This document shows positions 43,431 to 54,393 of a stretch of 64,000 bases of DNA, piece after piece (position 1 is the stretch's first letter; the number at the start of each line of letters is the position of its first letter). The position numbers and the translations under genes are program-made. The notes under the pieces are model-generated. The model was not told where the DNA came from and did no database searches. It saw nothing but the letters and a program-made list of their open reading frames with translations. The stretch comes from Cyanophyceae cyanobacterium (GTDB taxonomy: Bacteria > Cyanobacteriota > Cyanobacteriia > Cyanobacteriales > Laspinemataceae), in NCBI GenBank assembly GCA_038321985.1, contig JBBQFN010000004.1, positions 160,001-224,000 of the forward strand. Direction: 5' to 3'.

Positions 43431-44615
43431 TTATTTTAGCTCGGGTAACTGATTAAACTGGTCCATAAACCGGCGATCAATCCAGTCTTTCCAAGTCCAG
43501 AGTAGCCGAAACGGACCCAAACCAAATTTTCCTCGGGAAGCGATCGCCTTTCCTGTACCCGTGCCAATCAAGGTTAAAAATTGCGGTTGAGGGTGGTAAG
43601 ATTTTAAAGGTTTATCCTGTAAACTTCGGCAGAGATTATCAAATAAAGGTTGTCCTTGTCGCACGGCAAAAACTCCGGCTTTGGGTCGGGGATTATCTAT
43701 CATGGTGGCAATATCTCCCGCTGCAAATATGTTAGAATGAGAGATAGATTGCAATTCTTGATTCACTTGGATAAAACCGCGATTATCGGTAGATAAACCC
43801 GAGGCAGATATCCAATCCGGTGCAGCCGCTTGAGTGACCCAAAATACCCGATCGCACTCTACGGTCAAACCGGCTTCACATTCCAGTTTAAGGAGTTCTG
43901 AGGGCTGGTATTCTAATCGCTTCACGGTTTGTTTTAGGTGCAGTTTAATCCCACGATGTTGCATTAATTGGGTTAAAGTTTGCGCGGCATAACGACTTTG
44001 GTCGGAGAGAATACGACTGTTGCGATGAAAGAGATGATATTCTATATTTGAGCGGAATTTTGGCTCTAAAATTTTGTTAAGATGAGCCTGCATAGATAAA
44101 GTTAATTCTACCCCTCCGGCACCTCCTCCTACGGTTGCTAGACGGCGGAATTTTTGAGGCGATCGCGAGACTTCTTCTAGGAATTGATGCCAGGATTTTA
44201 ATAATTGAGGGACGGGTTTAGCCGGAATGGCATAGGTGGCGGCACCGGGGACGTCAAGGGTAGCCGGAGTGCTGCCAATATCAATAGAGAGAATATCAAA
44301 AGGAACGGGGGGATGGTTGGCGCACAAGACTTGATTATGTTGTAAATCGAGGCCGATCGCGCAGTCGTAATAGAATTGTGCCTGAGCAAAATTTGCTAAG
44401 GGTCTCAAATCGATATGCGCTTGATCAAAGGTATAAAACCCAGCAATATAGCCGGGTAACATTCCTGAATAGGGAGTGTGAAGCACATCGCTAATTAAGG
44501 TGAGGCGAATTCCAGGTAAGGGATTTAGGCCAAATTGTCGCAAGGCGATCGCATGAGAGTGACCCCCACCAATCAAAACAAGGTCTTTAATTCGGGGTTG
44601 CGGTAGGTGCGGCAC
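43431..44615 (-). CDS. FAD-dependent pyridine nucleotide-disulfide oxidoreductase (family of the SelD N-terminal domain), standalone
   Basis: LVLIGGGHSH, TPYSGMLPG, GGGAGGVEL, PKAGVFAVRQG, WKDWIDRRFM. Confidence 0.85.
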   Translation of the reverse strand: MPHLPQPRIKDLVLIGGGHSHAIALRQFGLNPLPGIRLTLISDVLHTPYSGMLPGYIAGFYTFDQAHIDLRPLANFAQAQFYYDCAIGLDLQHNQVLCANHPPVPFDILSIDIGSTPATLDVPGAATYAIPAKPVPQLLKSWHQFLEEVSRSPQKFRRLATVGGGAGGVELTLSMQAHLNKILEPKFRSNIEYHLFHRNSRILSDQSRYAAQTLTQLMQHRGIKLHLKQTVKRLEYQPSELLKLECEAGLTVECDRVFWVTQAAAPDWISASGLSTDNRGFIQVNQELQSISHSNIFAAGDIATMIDNPRPKAGVFAVRQGQPLFDNLCRSLQDKPLKSYHPQPQFLTLIGTGTGKAIASRGKFGLGPFRLLWTWKDWIDRRFMDQFNQLPELK

Positions 44616-44820
44616 GATTGGAATCCGTAGAGTGAGTGTCAGAGGAGATGAAGTATGAAATCTGAAATCTGAAATCTAGATTTTACTTCCTCCCTTTTAC
44701 TCTACCTTGTCCCACCCCAAAATTATCAACCATACAGGGCATAAAATGATACGATCACAAAGCAGTAGATTGCTCAATAAAAGCGGCAATCATATCGGGT
44801 TGCCATCTGAATCGCATATT

Positions 44821-46578
44821 ATGAAATCAATCAACGAACTACTAAAAACCCAAGTTGAGAAAGCGCTAGTCGCTGCTTATGGGGAAGAAATGGCGGGAAC
44901 TGATCCAATTTTAGTGCCAACGACTAATCCTAAATTTGGCGATTATCAAGCCAATTTGGCGATGTCCTTGGCAAAGCCTTTAAAGCAAAAACCCCGAGAT
45001 ATTGCCCAAAAAATTATAGACCATCTGGATATAGCGGAATTTTGCGAACCGCCGGAAATTGCCGGACCCGGATTTATTAATTTTACCCTAAAACCCAGCT
45101 ATTTAGAACAGCAACTGGCTACAATTGAGGGCGATTTACGGCTGGGTATTGAACCTGTCACCCACCCGAAACGAGTAGTGGTGGATTTTTCTAGTCCGAA
45201 TATTGCTAAAGAAATGCACGTCGGTCATTTACGCTCTACCATTATTGGAGATAGTATCGCCCGGATTTTAGAGTTTTGGGGTCATGATGTTTTGCGCCTC
45301 AATCATGTAGGGGATTGGGGTACGCAATTTGGAATGTTGATTACCTATTTGAGGGAAGTCTATCCTGACGCATTGACTACGGCCAATGCCTTGGATTTGG
45401 GGGATTTGGTAGCGTTTTATAAAAAGGCCAAAAAGCGCTTCGATGAAGATGAGGAATTCCGCGAAATTTCACGGCAACAAGTAGTAAAATTGCAAGGGGG
45501 CGATCGCGATGCTCACCGTGCCTGGGAACTGCTGTGTGAACAATCCCGCCAGGAATTTCAAAAAATTTACGATTTGCTGAATATTCAGCTTACGGAACGA
45601 GGAGAATCCTTCTACAATCCTTTGCTTTCTAAGGTGGTAGAGGACTTAGAAACTCAAGGATTATTAGTTGAAGACCAAGGTGCAAAATGCGTATTTTTAG
45701 AGGGGTTTACCAACAAAGAAGGAGAACCTCAGCCTTTAATTGTGCAGAAGACGAATGGGGGATATAATTATGCAACGACCGACCTAGCTGCATTGCGTTA
45801 TCGGATTGAAGAGGATAAATGCGATCGCATTATTTATGTAACGGATATCGGTCAATCCACCCACTTCGCTCAATTCTTTCAAGTTGCTAGACGCGCCGGT
45901 TGGATTCCTGAAACTGTCGAAGTTGTGCATATCCCCTTTGGATTAGTGCTTGGAGAAGGCGGAAAGAAACTCAAAACCCGCGAAGGAGATACGGTGCGCT
46001 TACGGGATTTATTAGATGAAGCGGTCATTCGTGCTCGCGCTCAACTCCAGAGTATTATCCAAGAAGAAGGACGTTCCGAAAGCGAAGAATTCATCGAAAA
46101 TGTGGCGAGGGTTGTCGGAATTGGCGCGGTAAAATATGCCGACCTCAGCCAAAATCGCAGCAGTAGTTACGTCTTTAGTTATGATAAAATGCTCTCCCTA
46201 CAAGGCAATACTGCTCCCTATATGCTGTATGCTTTTGTGCGAATTCAGGGAATTAGTCGTCAAGGCAATATCGATTTCCAAAAGCTCGGGTCTGATATTC
46301 CCATTCAATTGGGAGAAGAGACAGAATTGGCCTTAGCCAAGCATATCCTTAGTTTGAGTGAAGTCCTCCAAGAGGTAGAAAAAGAACTCTTACCCAATCG
46401 TCTCTGTGAATACCTCTATCAACTCAGTAAAAAATTCAATCAGTTCTATGAAAATTGTCCGGTGTTGCAAGCCGAGGAACCTAAGAGAACCTCTCGCTTA
46501 TTACTGTGTGATTTAGCTGCAAAAACCCTAGAACTGGGGTTATCTTTACTGGGAATTGAAATTATTGAACGGATGTAA
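44821..46578 (+). CDS. argS: Arginine--tRNA ligase
   Basis: [39 protein letters not shown], ends ERM. Confidence 0.97.
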   Translation: MKSINELLKTQVEKALVAAYGEEMAGTDPILVPTTNPKFGDYQANLAMSLAKPLKQKPRDIAQKIIDHLDIAEFCEPPEIAGPGFINFTLKPSYLEQQLATIEGDLRLGIEPVTHPKRVVVDFSSPNIAKEMHVGHLRSTIIGDSIARILEFWGHDVLRLNHVGDWGTQFGMLITYLREVYPDALTTANALDLGDLVAFYKKAKKRFDEDEEFREISRQQVVKLQGGDRDAHRAWELLCEQSRQEFQKIYDLLNIQLTERGESFYNPLLSKVVEDLETQGLLVEDQGAKCVFLEGFTNKEGEPQPLIVQKTNGGYNYATTDLAALRYRIEEDKCDRIIYVTDIGQSTHFAQFFQVARRAGWIPETVEVVHIPFGLVLGEGGKKLKTREGDTVRLRDLLDEAVIRARAQLQSIIQEEGRSESEEFIENVARVVGIGAVKYADLSQNRSSSYVFSYDKMLSLQGNTAPYMLYAFVRIQGISRQGNIDFQKLGSDIPIQLGEETELALAKHILSLSEVLQEVEKELLPNRLCEYLYQLSKKFNQFYENCPVLQAEEPKRTSRLLLCDLAAKTLELGLSLLGIEIIERM

Positions 46579-46668
46579 TAGGCTCAGGAGTGGGAAGAAT
46601 AAATAGGAGAAAAACCCGGAATTTTGCCCCCGCTGGGTAGCCAAGCCAGCCTAAATTTTATGAAAAAA

Positions 46669-46795
46669 CCCGGTTTCTAACTTTTACTTTCCCTCCTCTA
46701 GAGTATCAGTTCCCCGTTAAGGAGTTAGACATCATTCAAGTAAAGATAGAAACCGGGATGAAAAAGACCGGGATTCCTGCTTATGCAGGAATGAC
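46669..46795. repeat. Cluster of REP-like inverted repeats
   Basis: CCCGGTTTCTA (46669) / TAGAAACCGGG (46747); ATTCCTGC-TTAT-GCAGGAAT (46773-46792). Confidence 0.5.
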
Positions 46796-46854
46796 CGCCT
46801 TGAATAGCTAGGTGTCTGTACTGAATTTATTTAGGTTCACCTATTTAGAGTAAG

Positions 46855-46883
46855 GGACAAGAATCGGTTTTCTTGTCCTTTTT
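46855..46883 (+). terminator. Intrinsic terminator between convergent argS and the nuclease-like gene
   Basis: GGACAAGAA-TCGGTT-TTCTTGTCC followed by TTTTT. Confidence 0.65.
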
Positions 46884-46915
46884 ATCTAATATTGACCGGA
46901 CTTTTGATAGATGCT

Positions 46916-48073
46916 TTAGCTATTCCCGGCACTAGCTTGGAACTTTTCAACAATCCAATCAAATGTTTCCAGAACTCGTTCTAGGGAACTTTCATCCTGT
47001 AAGGTGGATAGCCGAAAACTCGGCAATCGGGTTTCTTCAGAATCTGCCGGTAGGGACAGACCGATCGAACTTAAATGAGAGCGCAATTCTTGCCAGTTTT
47101 GTTCGGAATCAAAAGGCGGCTGAGTGGCATAACTGCCGCTAGAAATCACGAATTCTCCGGAAATATCCACTGTAAACAGGGCAATCGATTTCCGGCCCTT
47201 TAGCTTTAATTTAGCCACAAATCCGCCATAAAGTTCTCCAGTTCCCCAGACCACTTCGATCGCCGGTTCCTTACGCCGTCCCCATTCTTGAATACGGCGG
47301 GCCATCTGCGCTTCCTCATAACCTTGGCGCATTTCAAATTCGTGAAAGAAAGACGCCTCATCCCAGCGTCGTCTCTCGCGAGTCGCACTGGATTTTTTCT
47401 GTTGAGCTTCAGCGGTTTGGCCGATTACCCTTGGAACTAATGTTTTAAGTCCATCTTGACTGACATATTGCTTAATTTCAACGGCTAAAACTTCCGTTGG
47501 GTCTAATTGTTCATTCAGAAATTCTACTACGCGCCTCAGTTCAGGACAGACTTCATCGGACACAAAAACCAACCGCAGTTTTCCAGCTTGTAAATTGGTT
47601 TTAACCTTTTCCCAAAATCGGTCTTCATGAGCATCTCCCCCCAGAAAAGTTTCAAAAATTTGTTCGGGGTCCCGACCTGCATCGCGGCAATTTGATTCAA
47701 ATTGGGTAATGATTGACTCCATGGGCCAATACACTAAAACATTGGCGGCATAGTCCAACATTTGACCGACAATTTCTCGACGAATTCGAGCCTCTTGAGA
47801 GTGTTTAACCGCGACCAGGGTAGGAATAGCATTCTGGTCCAGAAATAAATGCTCAAAAGACCATTGACCGTTGGCCTCATCATCGGTAGGGAGGGACATT
47901 TCCCGGGAAATTAATAACCATTGTCGGGGAGTGGCCCGATCAATTTGGTCTCCCGCTACTAGGTTGGGATATTTTTCCAGTAATTCTTGCAGTCGGTCTT
48001 CGGTGTCATACGCTTGTTCTATCATTTCCACAAGCCGATCGTCGTCTTGTATGAGGTAAATGCCTCCACCCAT
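46916..48073 (-). CDS. PD-(D/E)xK (NucS/EndoMS-like) fold protein, catalytic residues appear degenerate
   Basis: EDRLQELL..YP.L, HLFLDQ..IPTLVAVK...RIRREIVGQMLDYAAN. Confidence 0.65.
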   Translation of the reverse strand: MGGGIYLIQDDDRLVEMIEQAYDTEDRLQELLEKYPNLVAGDQIDRATPRQWLLISREMSLPTDDEANGQWSFEHLFLDQNAIPTLVAVKHSQEARIRREIVGQMLDYAANVLVYWPMESIITQFESNCRDAGRDPEQIFETFLGGDAHEDRFWEKVKTNLQAGKLRLVFVSDEVCPELRRVVEFLNEQLDPTEVLAVEIKQYVSQDGLKTLVPRVIGQTAEAQQKKSSATRERRRWDEASFFHEFEMRQGYEEAQMARRIQEWGRRKEPAIEVVWGTGELYGGFVAKLKLKGRKSIALFTVDISGEFVISSGSYATQPPFDSEQNWQELRSHLSSIGLSLPADSEETRLPSFRLSTLQDESSLERVLETFDWIVEKFQASAGNS

Positions 48074-48124
48074 CCCTGTTCTCCGTTTTATGATTAGTGT
48101 TGCGATCTGGATGTAGGCGCGGAT

Positions 48125-48979
48125 TTAGATCCGGCCTGAGAATACTCGTTCGGCAGGACCCGTCATGTAAAGTCGGCCATTGGATTCAGACCATTCAATG
48201 ATCAGGGGGCCGCCTGGAAGATCGAGGGTCGCTTGGCGATCGCATCGACCCGTGAGCACCCCTGCCACTAAGGAGGCACAGGCCCCGGTCCCACAAGCCA
48301 AGGTTGCACCGGCCCCCCGTTCCCAAACTCTCATCTTTAGGTGCGTTCGTCCAATCACTTGAATAAACTCAGTATTGGTCCGCTTCGGAAAAGCTGGATG
48401 ATGCTCGAACTGAGGACCGACTGCCGCAAGGTCTATGCTATCGACGTCTTCTACAAAGGTTATGCAGTGGGGATTTCCCATGCTAACGCAGGTCACATTC
48501 CAGGTTTTTCCCGCCACTTCCAAGGGGACATCAACTGCCTTCTCCCCGGGAGGACAGAGGGTTGTAGGAATTTCTGACCCTAGCAAGCGAGGTAAGCCCA
48601 TATCTACAGTAACTTGACCGTCCGATTTCAGGGTTAGGGTCATTACCCCAGCAAGGGTGTGGATGCGATATTCTCCGGTTCCCGTAGAGGAACTGCGGGT
48701 CGGGACGCCCAGATCCCCCAGAAACCGCGCTAAACAGCGGATGCCATTGCCGCACATTTCCGGTTCCGAAGCATCGGAGTTATAGATCCGCATGGTGTAG
48801 TCCGTGTCGGGTTCCGTCGCGGGAAGGGCAAAAATTACCCCATCGGCACCGATACCAAAATTGCGATCGCATAACTGTTCGGCCTGGGACGGCGTTATCA
48901 TAGGTTCCAGGTTCTGACGATTGTCAATCAGAATGAAATCATTTCCCAACCCTTGATATTTGGTAAACTCTAAACTCAT
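48125..48979 (-). CDS. dapF: Diaminopimelate epimerase
   Basis: [38 protein letters not shown]. Confidence 0.97.
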   Translation of the reverse strand: MSLEFTKYQGLGNDFILIDNRQNLEPMITPSQAEQLCDRNFGIGADGVIFALPATEPDTDYTMRIYNSDASEPEMCGNGIRCLARFLGDLGVPTRSSSTGTGEYRIHTLAGVMTLTLKSDGQVTVDMGLPRLLGSEIPTTLCPPGEKAVDVPLEVAGKTWNVTCVSMGNPHCITFVEDVDSIDLAAVGPQFEHHPAFPKRTNTEFIQVIGRTHLKMRVWERGAGATLACGTGACASLVAGVLTGRCDRQATLDLPGGPLIIEWSESNGRLYMTGPAERVFSGRI

Positions 48980-49299
48980 TGCTTCTACTCGCGATTGTTC
49001 GGGTTCTTGTCATGATTTTATTAGATATTACCCGATGTTAAAGTTCCCACTTTTGGGAGCATAATCTTTAATCCCGAGGGAAAAGCGCGATCGCCGTCTA
49101 GATCCCTAATAGCCTCCGGGTCTGCCGCGATGTTATCCCTTACCCCGTCGGAGTTGGTTCGATGACGGGGTAACATCGTAATAGAGCCGTTTGACGGCTT
49201 AACATCGAGGCCAAAGAACCGTTTCCCCTAAGTTTTGTTTGATTTGGTCCGATGTTGTGCGATTTTGATGCCAAATTTTCTATCTTTGAGACCTAAATC

Positions 49300-49512
49300 A
49301 TGTCTGACTTCGACACTAACTTACCCAGCATTCGCCAAGTTCAAAATTTCATTAAAGAGAAACATGAGGTAGAACTCAAACTGGTAACCGGAGATTTACT
49401 AGCCGGTAAAATTTTTTGGCAGGATAAAGACTGCATTTCTCTGCTGGATCACTACGACAAACAAACCATCATCTGGCGTCATTCAATTGTTTATCTGAAG
49501 CCAAAATCCTAA
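49300..49512 (+). CDS. hfq: Cyanobacterial Hfq
   Basis: LPSIRQVQ..IK, KLVTGD.L.GKI.WQD Sm fold; divergent from dapF as commonly seen in cyanobacteria. Confidence 0.9.
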   Translation: MSDFDTNLPSIRQVQNFIKEKHEVELKLVTGDLLAGKIFWQDKDCISLLDHYDKQTIIWRHSIVYLKPKS

Positions 49513-49551
49513 CCCGCGTCCGGTTTGGCCTCAGTTTACCCTCGGAACCCT

Positions 49552-51888
49552 TTAGCCGCGATCGCTGGGAAGCCCTTCCTTAAGGGTTTCACTCTGGTGG
49601 GCTTTAGTCATGGAAACTGTGACAGAGGCAGATTGGCCCGGATTGGGTACTAACCAAATTTGGATCCGTTTGAGGGAGAGGAGACTGCCGCACAGAAGGA
49701 GGCGATCGCCTGCTTGCACTACCGTACCTCCGTGAGGAAACCGAATAAACTGCCCTTCCCGGCGAATCGCTTGCACCTGCACCTCATACTCGGCCCGCAA
49801 ATCCAATTGAGCAAGGGTTTTATCCGTTACCGGACTCTTTTCCGAGACCATCAGCCATTGACAGGAGCGATTTTCTTGGGGAATCGCCACCTCTCCCCGG
49901 GCTAACTGCTCAAATGTGGTCAGTTCTTGTACTTGTCCCACCACCAAGAGTTTATCTCCTGTTACCAGGGCTGTATCAGCGGTGGGATAATCGATTTCTT
50001 CGCCATTCAAGCGGCGGATTGCCATTAAACTGACACCGCTGAGTCGGCGCAGATCGGTTTGTTCTAGGGTCATCCCGGCCAAAGGAGACCCTTCGGGTAA
50101 GGGATACCATTTGCTGTTCATATCTAATGCTGCCACCTGTAACTCCCGGGAGACTTCCGAGGGCGATCGCGCCGGACGCAATTCTAAATAGTGGTGGCTG
50201 CGAATTTGTTCAATTTCTCGACGAATCCCTGGCAAGGGTAATCCAACGCCGAGTAACAGGTGGGTTGCCAGTTCTAGACTCACCTCAAATTCCGATTGCA
50301 CCACTTCCGAGGCCCCAAGCTGATAAAGGAGTTCGATGTCCTTTTCTTGGTTCGCCTGAACCACCACATCCAATTCTGGAGATAATTCGAGCGATCGCTT
50401 CAGGCACAACCGGGTACTCATGGGGTCCGGCAGGGCAACAGCTACCGCCTTCGCCTGATCCACCCCTGCCGCCTCCAACACGTGCAACGACGCCGCATTG
50501 CCGTAAATATAGGGAATCCCTGCCGCCCGCAGTTGCCCGATCGCCCGTTCCGAACTATCAATCACGACCAACGGATAATTATGAGCTTGTAGCAGTTGAA
50601 CGACTTTTTTGCCAACCCGTCCATACCCACAAACCACGACGCGATTGGGCAAGGGCACCTCTTCCGATGCAGCCCTAGGCCCACTGGTATCTTCAAAAAA
50701 TCGATTTAACCAGACCTGGTTTTCTGCCCAATCCAGCAATTTTGGCACCAGTCGCAACACGAACGGCGTTACCACCAGGGTTACAGCAGTCGTCCCTAAA
50801 ATTAACAGATACACCGGACGGGAAACCAACCCAGTTGCTAGTCCTTGTGCCGTCAATACAAAGGAAAATTCCCCAATTTGGGCTAACCCCAACCCGACAA
50901 TCAAAGCCGTTCTCAGGGGATAGCCAAAGCTGGTAACAATCGGGGTAATGATTAAAAATTTGCCCACAAACACTAAACAGACTAACCCCAGAATTAGTTC
51001 CAGATTCTGCCACAGAAACACGGGGTCAATTAGCATTCCCACCGAGACAAAAAAGAGGGCCGCTAAAATATCTCGCAGGGGTTCTACATAAGTTAGAGTT
51101 TGGTCGGCATATTCCACTTCCGAAATCATCAACCCGGCCACGAAAGCGCCCATTTCGATAGAAAATCCCAGGTAGTAGGTAACTAGGGCAATTCCCAAAC
51201 ATAAGGCAATCACCCCGAGTAAAAACAGTTCTTGACTCTCAGTTTTGGCGAGAAACCTTAATAAGGGGGGAACCAGGTAGAGTCCCACCGCCACCGCCGC
51301 GATCGCAAATAGTCCAATTCGCACCACCGCTGAAAGCACCGCCATTCCGATCGCTTCAGGGGGTTCGTTCAGGGCCGGTAAGACCGCTAACATGAATCCC
51401 AAGGCCAAGTCTTGCACTACCAAGATCCCTAACATGACCTGACCCTGTAGGGTGGGGAGTTCGTTGCGTTCCATCAAACATTTCAGGACGACAGCGGTGG
51501 AGGAGAGGGAGAGAATTGCCCCTAAGAAAACTCCTTGAGACCAAGAGGTACACCAGCCCATCCCCAAAGAAACGACCGTCGTCACCGCGATCGTCAGGAC
51601 GATTTGCAGCGTGCCACCCCCAAGACTAATCCCTTTAACTTTTTTAAGTTCTGCAAAGGAAAACTCAACTCCCAGGGCAAATAAAAGTAGGGCCACTCCA
51701 AATTGAGCCAAGGTTTCAACTTGAATCAGTTCTTTGATCCATCCCAACCCGGCGGGACCTACAACTATCCCGCCCAGTAAATAGCCTAGAATTGCAGGTT
51801 GACCCAGGAGGGAAGCGAATAAACCACCACTCGCAGCGGCGGCTAGCATAGTTACTAAGTCAAGGATGAGTCTAAAGTCTTCTTGCAC
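49552..51888 (-). CDS. CPA2 cation:proton antiporter (KefB-like) with TrkA-N and two TrkA-C domains
   Basis: LSLSSTAVV, QIGEFSFVL, VCGYGRVG. Confidence 0.92.
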   Translation of the reverse strand: MQEDFRLILDLVTMLAAAASGGLFASLLGQPAILGYLLGGIVVGPAGLGWIKELIQVETLAQFGVALLLFALGVEFSFAELKKVKGISLGGGTLQIVLTIAVTTVVSLGMGWCTSWSQGVFLGAILSLSSTAVVLKCLMERNELPTLQGQVMLGILVVQDLALGFMLAVLPALNEPPEAIGMAVLSAVVRIGLFAIAAVAVGLYLVPPLLRFLAKTESQELFLLGVIALCLGIALVTYYLGFSIEMGAFVAGLMISEVEYADQTLTYVEPLRDILAALFFVSVGMLIDPVFLWQNLELILGLVCLVFVGKFLIITPIVTSFGYPLRTALIVGLGLAQIGEFSFVLTAQGLATGLVSRPVYLLILGTTAVTLVVTPFVLRLVPKLLDWAENQVWLNRFFEDTSGPRAASEEVPLPNRVVVCGYGRVGKKVVQLLQAHNYPLVVIDSSERAIGQLRAAGIPYIYGNAASLHVLEAAGVDQAKAVAVALPDPMSTRLCLKRSLELSPELDVVVQANQEKDIELLYQLGASEVVQSEFEVSLELATHLLLGVGLPLPGIRREIEQIRSHHYLELRPARSPSEVSRELQVAALDMNSKWYPLPEGSPLAGMTLEQTDLRRLSGVSLMAIRRLNGEEIDYPTADTALVTGDKLLVVGQVQELTTFEQLARGEVAIPQENRSCQWLMVSEKSPVTDKTLAQLDLRAEYEVQVQAIRREGQFIRFPHGGTVVQAGDRLLLCGSLLSLKRIQIWLVPNPGQSASVTVSMTKAHQSETLKEGLPSDRG

Positions 51889-52209
51889 GGGTGCCTGTAA
51901 AAATGAGAGAAATGTTAAGGTCTATAACAATTTAGGATAACGACTTTTTTGGGTAAGCATAAGGGATGATGCGGGTAACGACAGCAAGTCTTTATTACAA
52001 ACTTCTGGGTGACTGGGTTCAAGCCGAGTCACGAGAACCACTGACCCCAATCCACTCCATCTCCTCAATCTGCCCTCGGAACCGGCATGATAAAATAAAG
52101 AGCCTAAATTTAGGCCGATGTTACATCGCAACTATCCGTTTAATTGGTGGAACCTGACTCGATCGCCCGTAAGTCTATCTAGCAAGCATAAAACAGACGA
52201 ACATTAAGA

Positions 52210-53160
52210 ATGATGACTCACCTGCATAGCTCTAATCCGACCGGGAATGGGATGTTGGCTTGGCTGTTGAGAGGAGCCAATCCCAGAATCTCGCAACAAG
52301 TCAAAGCCAAAACTGCTCCTGTGATTGGATTAACCGTTTCGGTACTTCTAGCCCTTGCTAATTCCGTGCAAGCGTTAGAAGTCCAGGTGAAACCCGAGAA
52401 TCCGCAACTGGGAGATACCCTCTCCGTGGTGATTTCAACTGACGCCTCAGATCCAGCCACGCCAACGGTGACCTCTCCAGATGGCACAGTCCAAGTGTTT
52501 CCCATTGGTGGCAATCGGTATCGCGCCATGATCCCGACGACCCCTTTAAATCAAGCCGGACGATGGGAAATTCGCGTGGAAGGGGAAAGCCAAACCCGCA
52601 ATATAGCCGTGTGGGTCAGCGATCGCGAGTTTCCAACCCAATCTATTTGGCTACCTCCGGGTAAGGACGACCTCGAAGGCACGGATTTTGAATTCGATCG
52701 CGTGGATGAATTTAAAAAACTGGTGACCCCTGAGAAATTCTGGAATGGTCCGTTTATGCGTCCCAATAACGGACCGATTACTACGATTTACGGAGTCCGT
52801 CGCTATTATAATGGGGTGTTTGCCGATGATTATTACCATCGAGGTGTAGACTATGCAGGACCCCAAGGTTCTGTAGTGGTAGCTCCTGCTGCCGGTCGAA
52901 TCGCCTTGGTCGGACGGGAATCAGAAGGATTTGAAATTCATGGCAACGTCGTTGGGATCGATCACGGACAGGGCGTTACTTCTCTGTATTTGCACCTGAG
53001 TCGCATCGACGTCCAGGAAGGCGATATGGTGCAACCGGGTCAAGCGATCGGTGCAGTCGGGTCAACTGGTGCTTCTACCGGACCTCATCTGCACTGGGGG
53101 TTATACGTTCATGGACAATCAGTCGATCCGGTTCCCTGGCGATATGAGGGAGTAGAATAA
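52210..53160 (+). CDS. M23 family metallopeptidase
   Basis: HRGVDY, YLHLS, STGPHLHW. Confidence 0.92.
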   Translation: MMTHLHSSNPTGNGMLAWLLRGANPRISQQVKAKTAPVIGLTVSVLLALANSVQALEVQVKPENPQLGDTLSVVISTDASDPATPTVTSPDGTVQVFPIGGNRYRAMIPTTPLNQAGRWEIRVEGESQTRNIAVWVSDREFPTQSIWLPPGKDDLEGTDFEFDRVDEFKKLVTPEKFWNGPFMRPNNGPITTIYGVRRYYNGVFADDYYHRGVDYAGPQGSVVVAPAAGRIALVGRESEGFEIHGNVVGIDHGQGVTSLYLHLSRIDVQEGDMVQPGQAIGAVGSTGASTGPHLHWGLYVHGQSVDPVPWRYEGVE

Positions 53161-53364
53161 CTTTCATTAGGCATTGAGTACAGCAAAACCGCCCTCGACC
53201 TAGGGATACTCTGGAGTTTTCTGGTGTTGACACTAGGTTAAGGCGTAATTGTAGGGCAAAATCTGTGCAGGGTTGTCCTTGCGATCGCAGAGTTTTAAGG
53301 TGGTAATTGCCACTTTAAATCCTTGGGTCAACTGAAAAAAGTGCCGTGGAGCAGCAGAGGCAGT

Positions 53365-53913
53365 ATGAGTATAGAAAAAATCGTAGAACAGGCACTACAA
53401 GATGGTTATCTAACACCAGCAATGGAAGCCGAGGTGGGAAGAATTTGCAACACCGCCTCGGAACTTTCTATTGAAGAGTACATGGCTCTCGATCGCCTGA
53501 TGGGAGCGCTCTTAACTGGAGAAGTCGTTGTTTTACCACGCAAGCAGTTTATTAACGTGATGGAAGAGTTGGTACTCTCAGAGGCGATCGCTCGGGTTGC
53601 TGAAATAGAGGCGACGAGCGATCGAACTTTGGATGTCGGCGATATTGCCGCCTATGCACTCAACCGCCTCCCTCCTCTTTATGCAACGACGGAGGAGGGT
53701 GCAAACTATCAGCGGGTTCGAGCTAAGGATGAACTGCAAGAGCTCATCTCAAAACAAGTTAATGAGGCGATCGCCCGGTATCTGGACCGGCCAGAATTCC
53801 CCGGTAGAGTCGCCCTTGGTAAAAGTTCGGGTAAAGAGATGCTTACCCAAGTTAGCAGCTTGCTCCAGTCCTACGCGACTAACTTTGAATCCCAACCCAA
53901 TTCCCCAAATTAA
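53365..53913 (+). CDS. ComFB-domain protein, CdgR-like cyclic di-nucleotide receptor
   Basis: MSIEKIVEQALQDGYLTPAME..., INVMEELV, DIAAYALNRLPPLYAT. Confidence 0.85.
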   Translation: MSIEKIVEQALQDGYLTPAMEAEVGRICNTASELSIEEYMALDRLMGALLTGEVVVLPRKQFINVMEELVLSEAIARVAEIEATSDRTLDVGDIAAYALNRLPPLYATTEEGANYQRVRAKDELQELISKQVNEAIARYLDRPEFPGRVALGKSSGKEMLTQVSSLLQSYATNFESQPNSPN

Positions 53914-54018
53914 AGGAATCCCCTCCCACAGAACTCTGTGCTCTGTTTTTGGACTCTTTTGGGCTTTTTGGGCTTCAAAGATTTACCTCGCTCTGGTAAC
54001 TTTTTTTATCATTAAATT

Positions 54019-54048
54019 AAGGCGCTCCCTCCAGGGGCGTCTTTTTTT
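54019..54048 (+). terminator. Intrinsic terminator after the ComFB gene
   Basis: AAGGCGCTCC...GGGGCGTCTT followed by a T run. Confidence 0.6.
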
Positions 54049-54393
54049 GCGGGCTTCCCAAAATTGCTCTTTTTATTATATCTTAGAGAAAAATTAGAAA
54101 TCAAGTTTTTTAATGTTTAGAAATCATAAAAAATGACGCAAATTTTTCCTGTAAACTGAAATTATAAAGACAAATTAGAACCAAAATTAATGGTTTGAAA
54201 TCAATAAAATTTCAGTTTTTTAAATTTTAAATAATAAATTAATTATTTTCTTAAAATTAATTAAAATTAATTATAATAAACCTAAAAAACAAATTAAAGG
54301 AGCAGACTGTGAGATAATTAGGGAAGTGGGACTGAAGCCCGGAATAACCGAAATTTAGGTCTCTGTCAATGCATAATCTTTCTCGGGGCAATC

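Noticed and set aside
44656..44678. (TGAAATC)x3 heptamer tandem
   Set aside because: Short STRR-like repeat, ordinary in cyanobacteria; no spacers, so not CRISPR
50127..50678. 183-aa plus-strand ORF
   Set aside because: Antisense shadow of the antiporter gene, Pro/Arg-rich and without motifs
54070..54300. Very AT-rich stretch (similar ones at 13900-14450 and 43050-43430)
   Set aside because: Low-complexity intergenic DNA; no DnaA-box cluster, repeats or credible ORF seen
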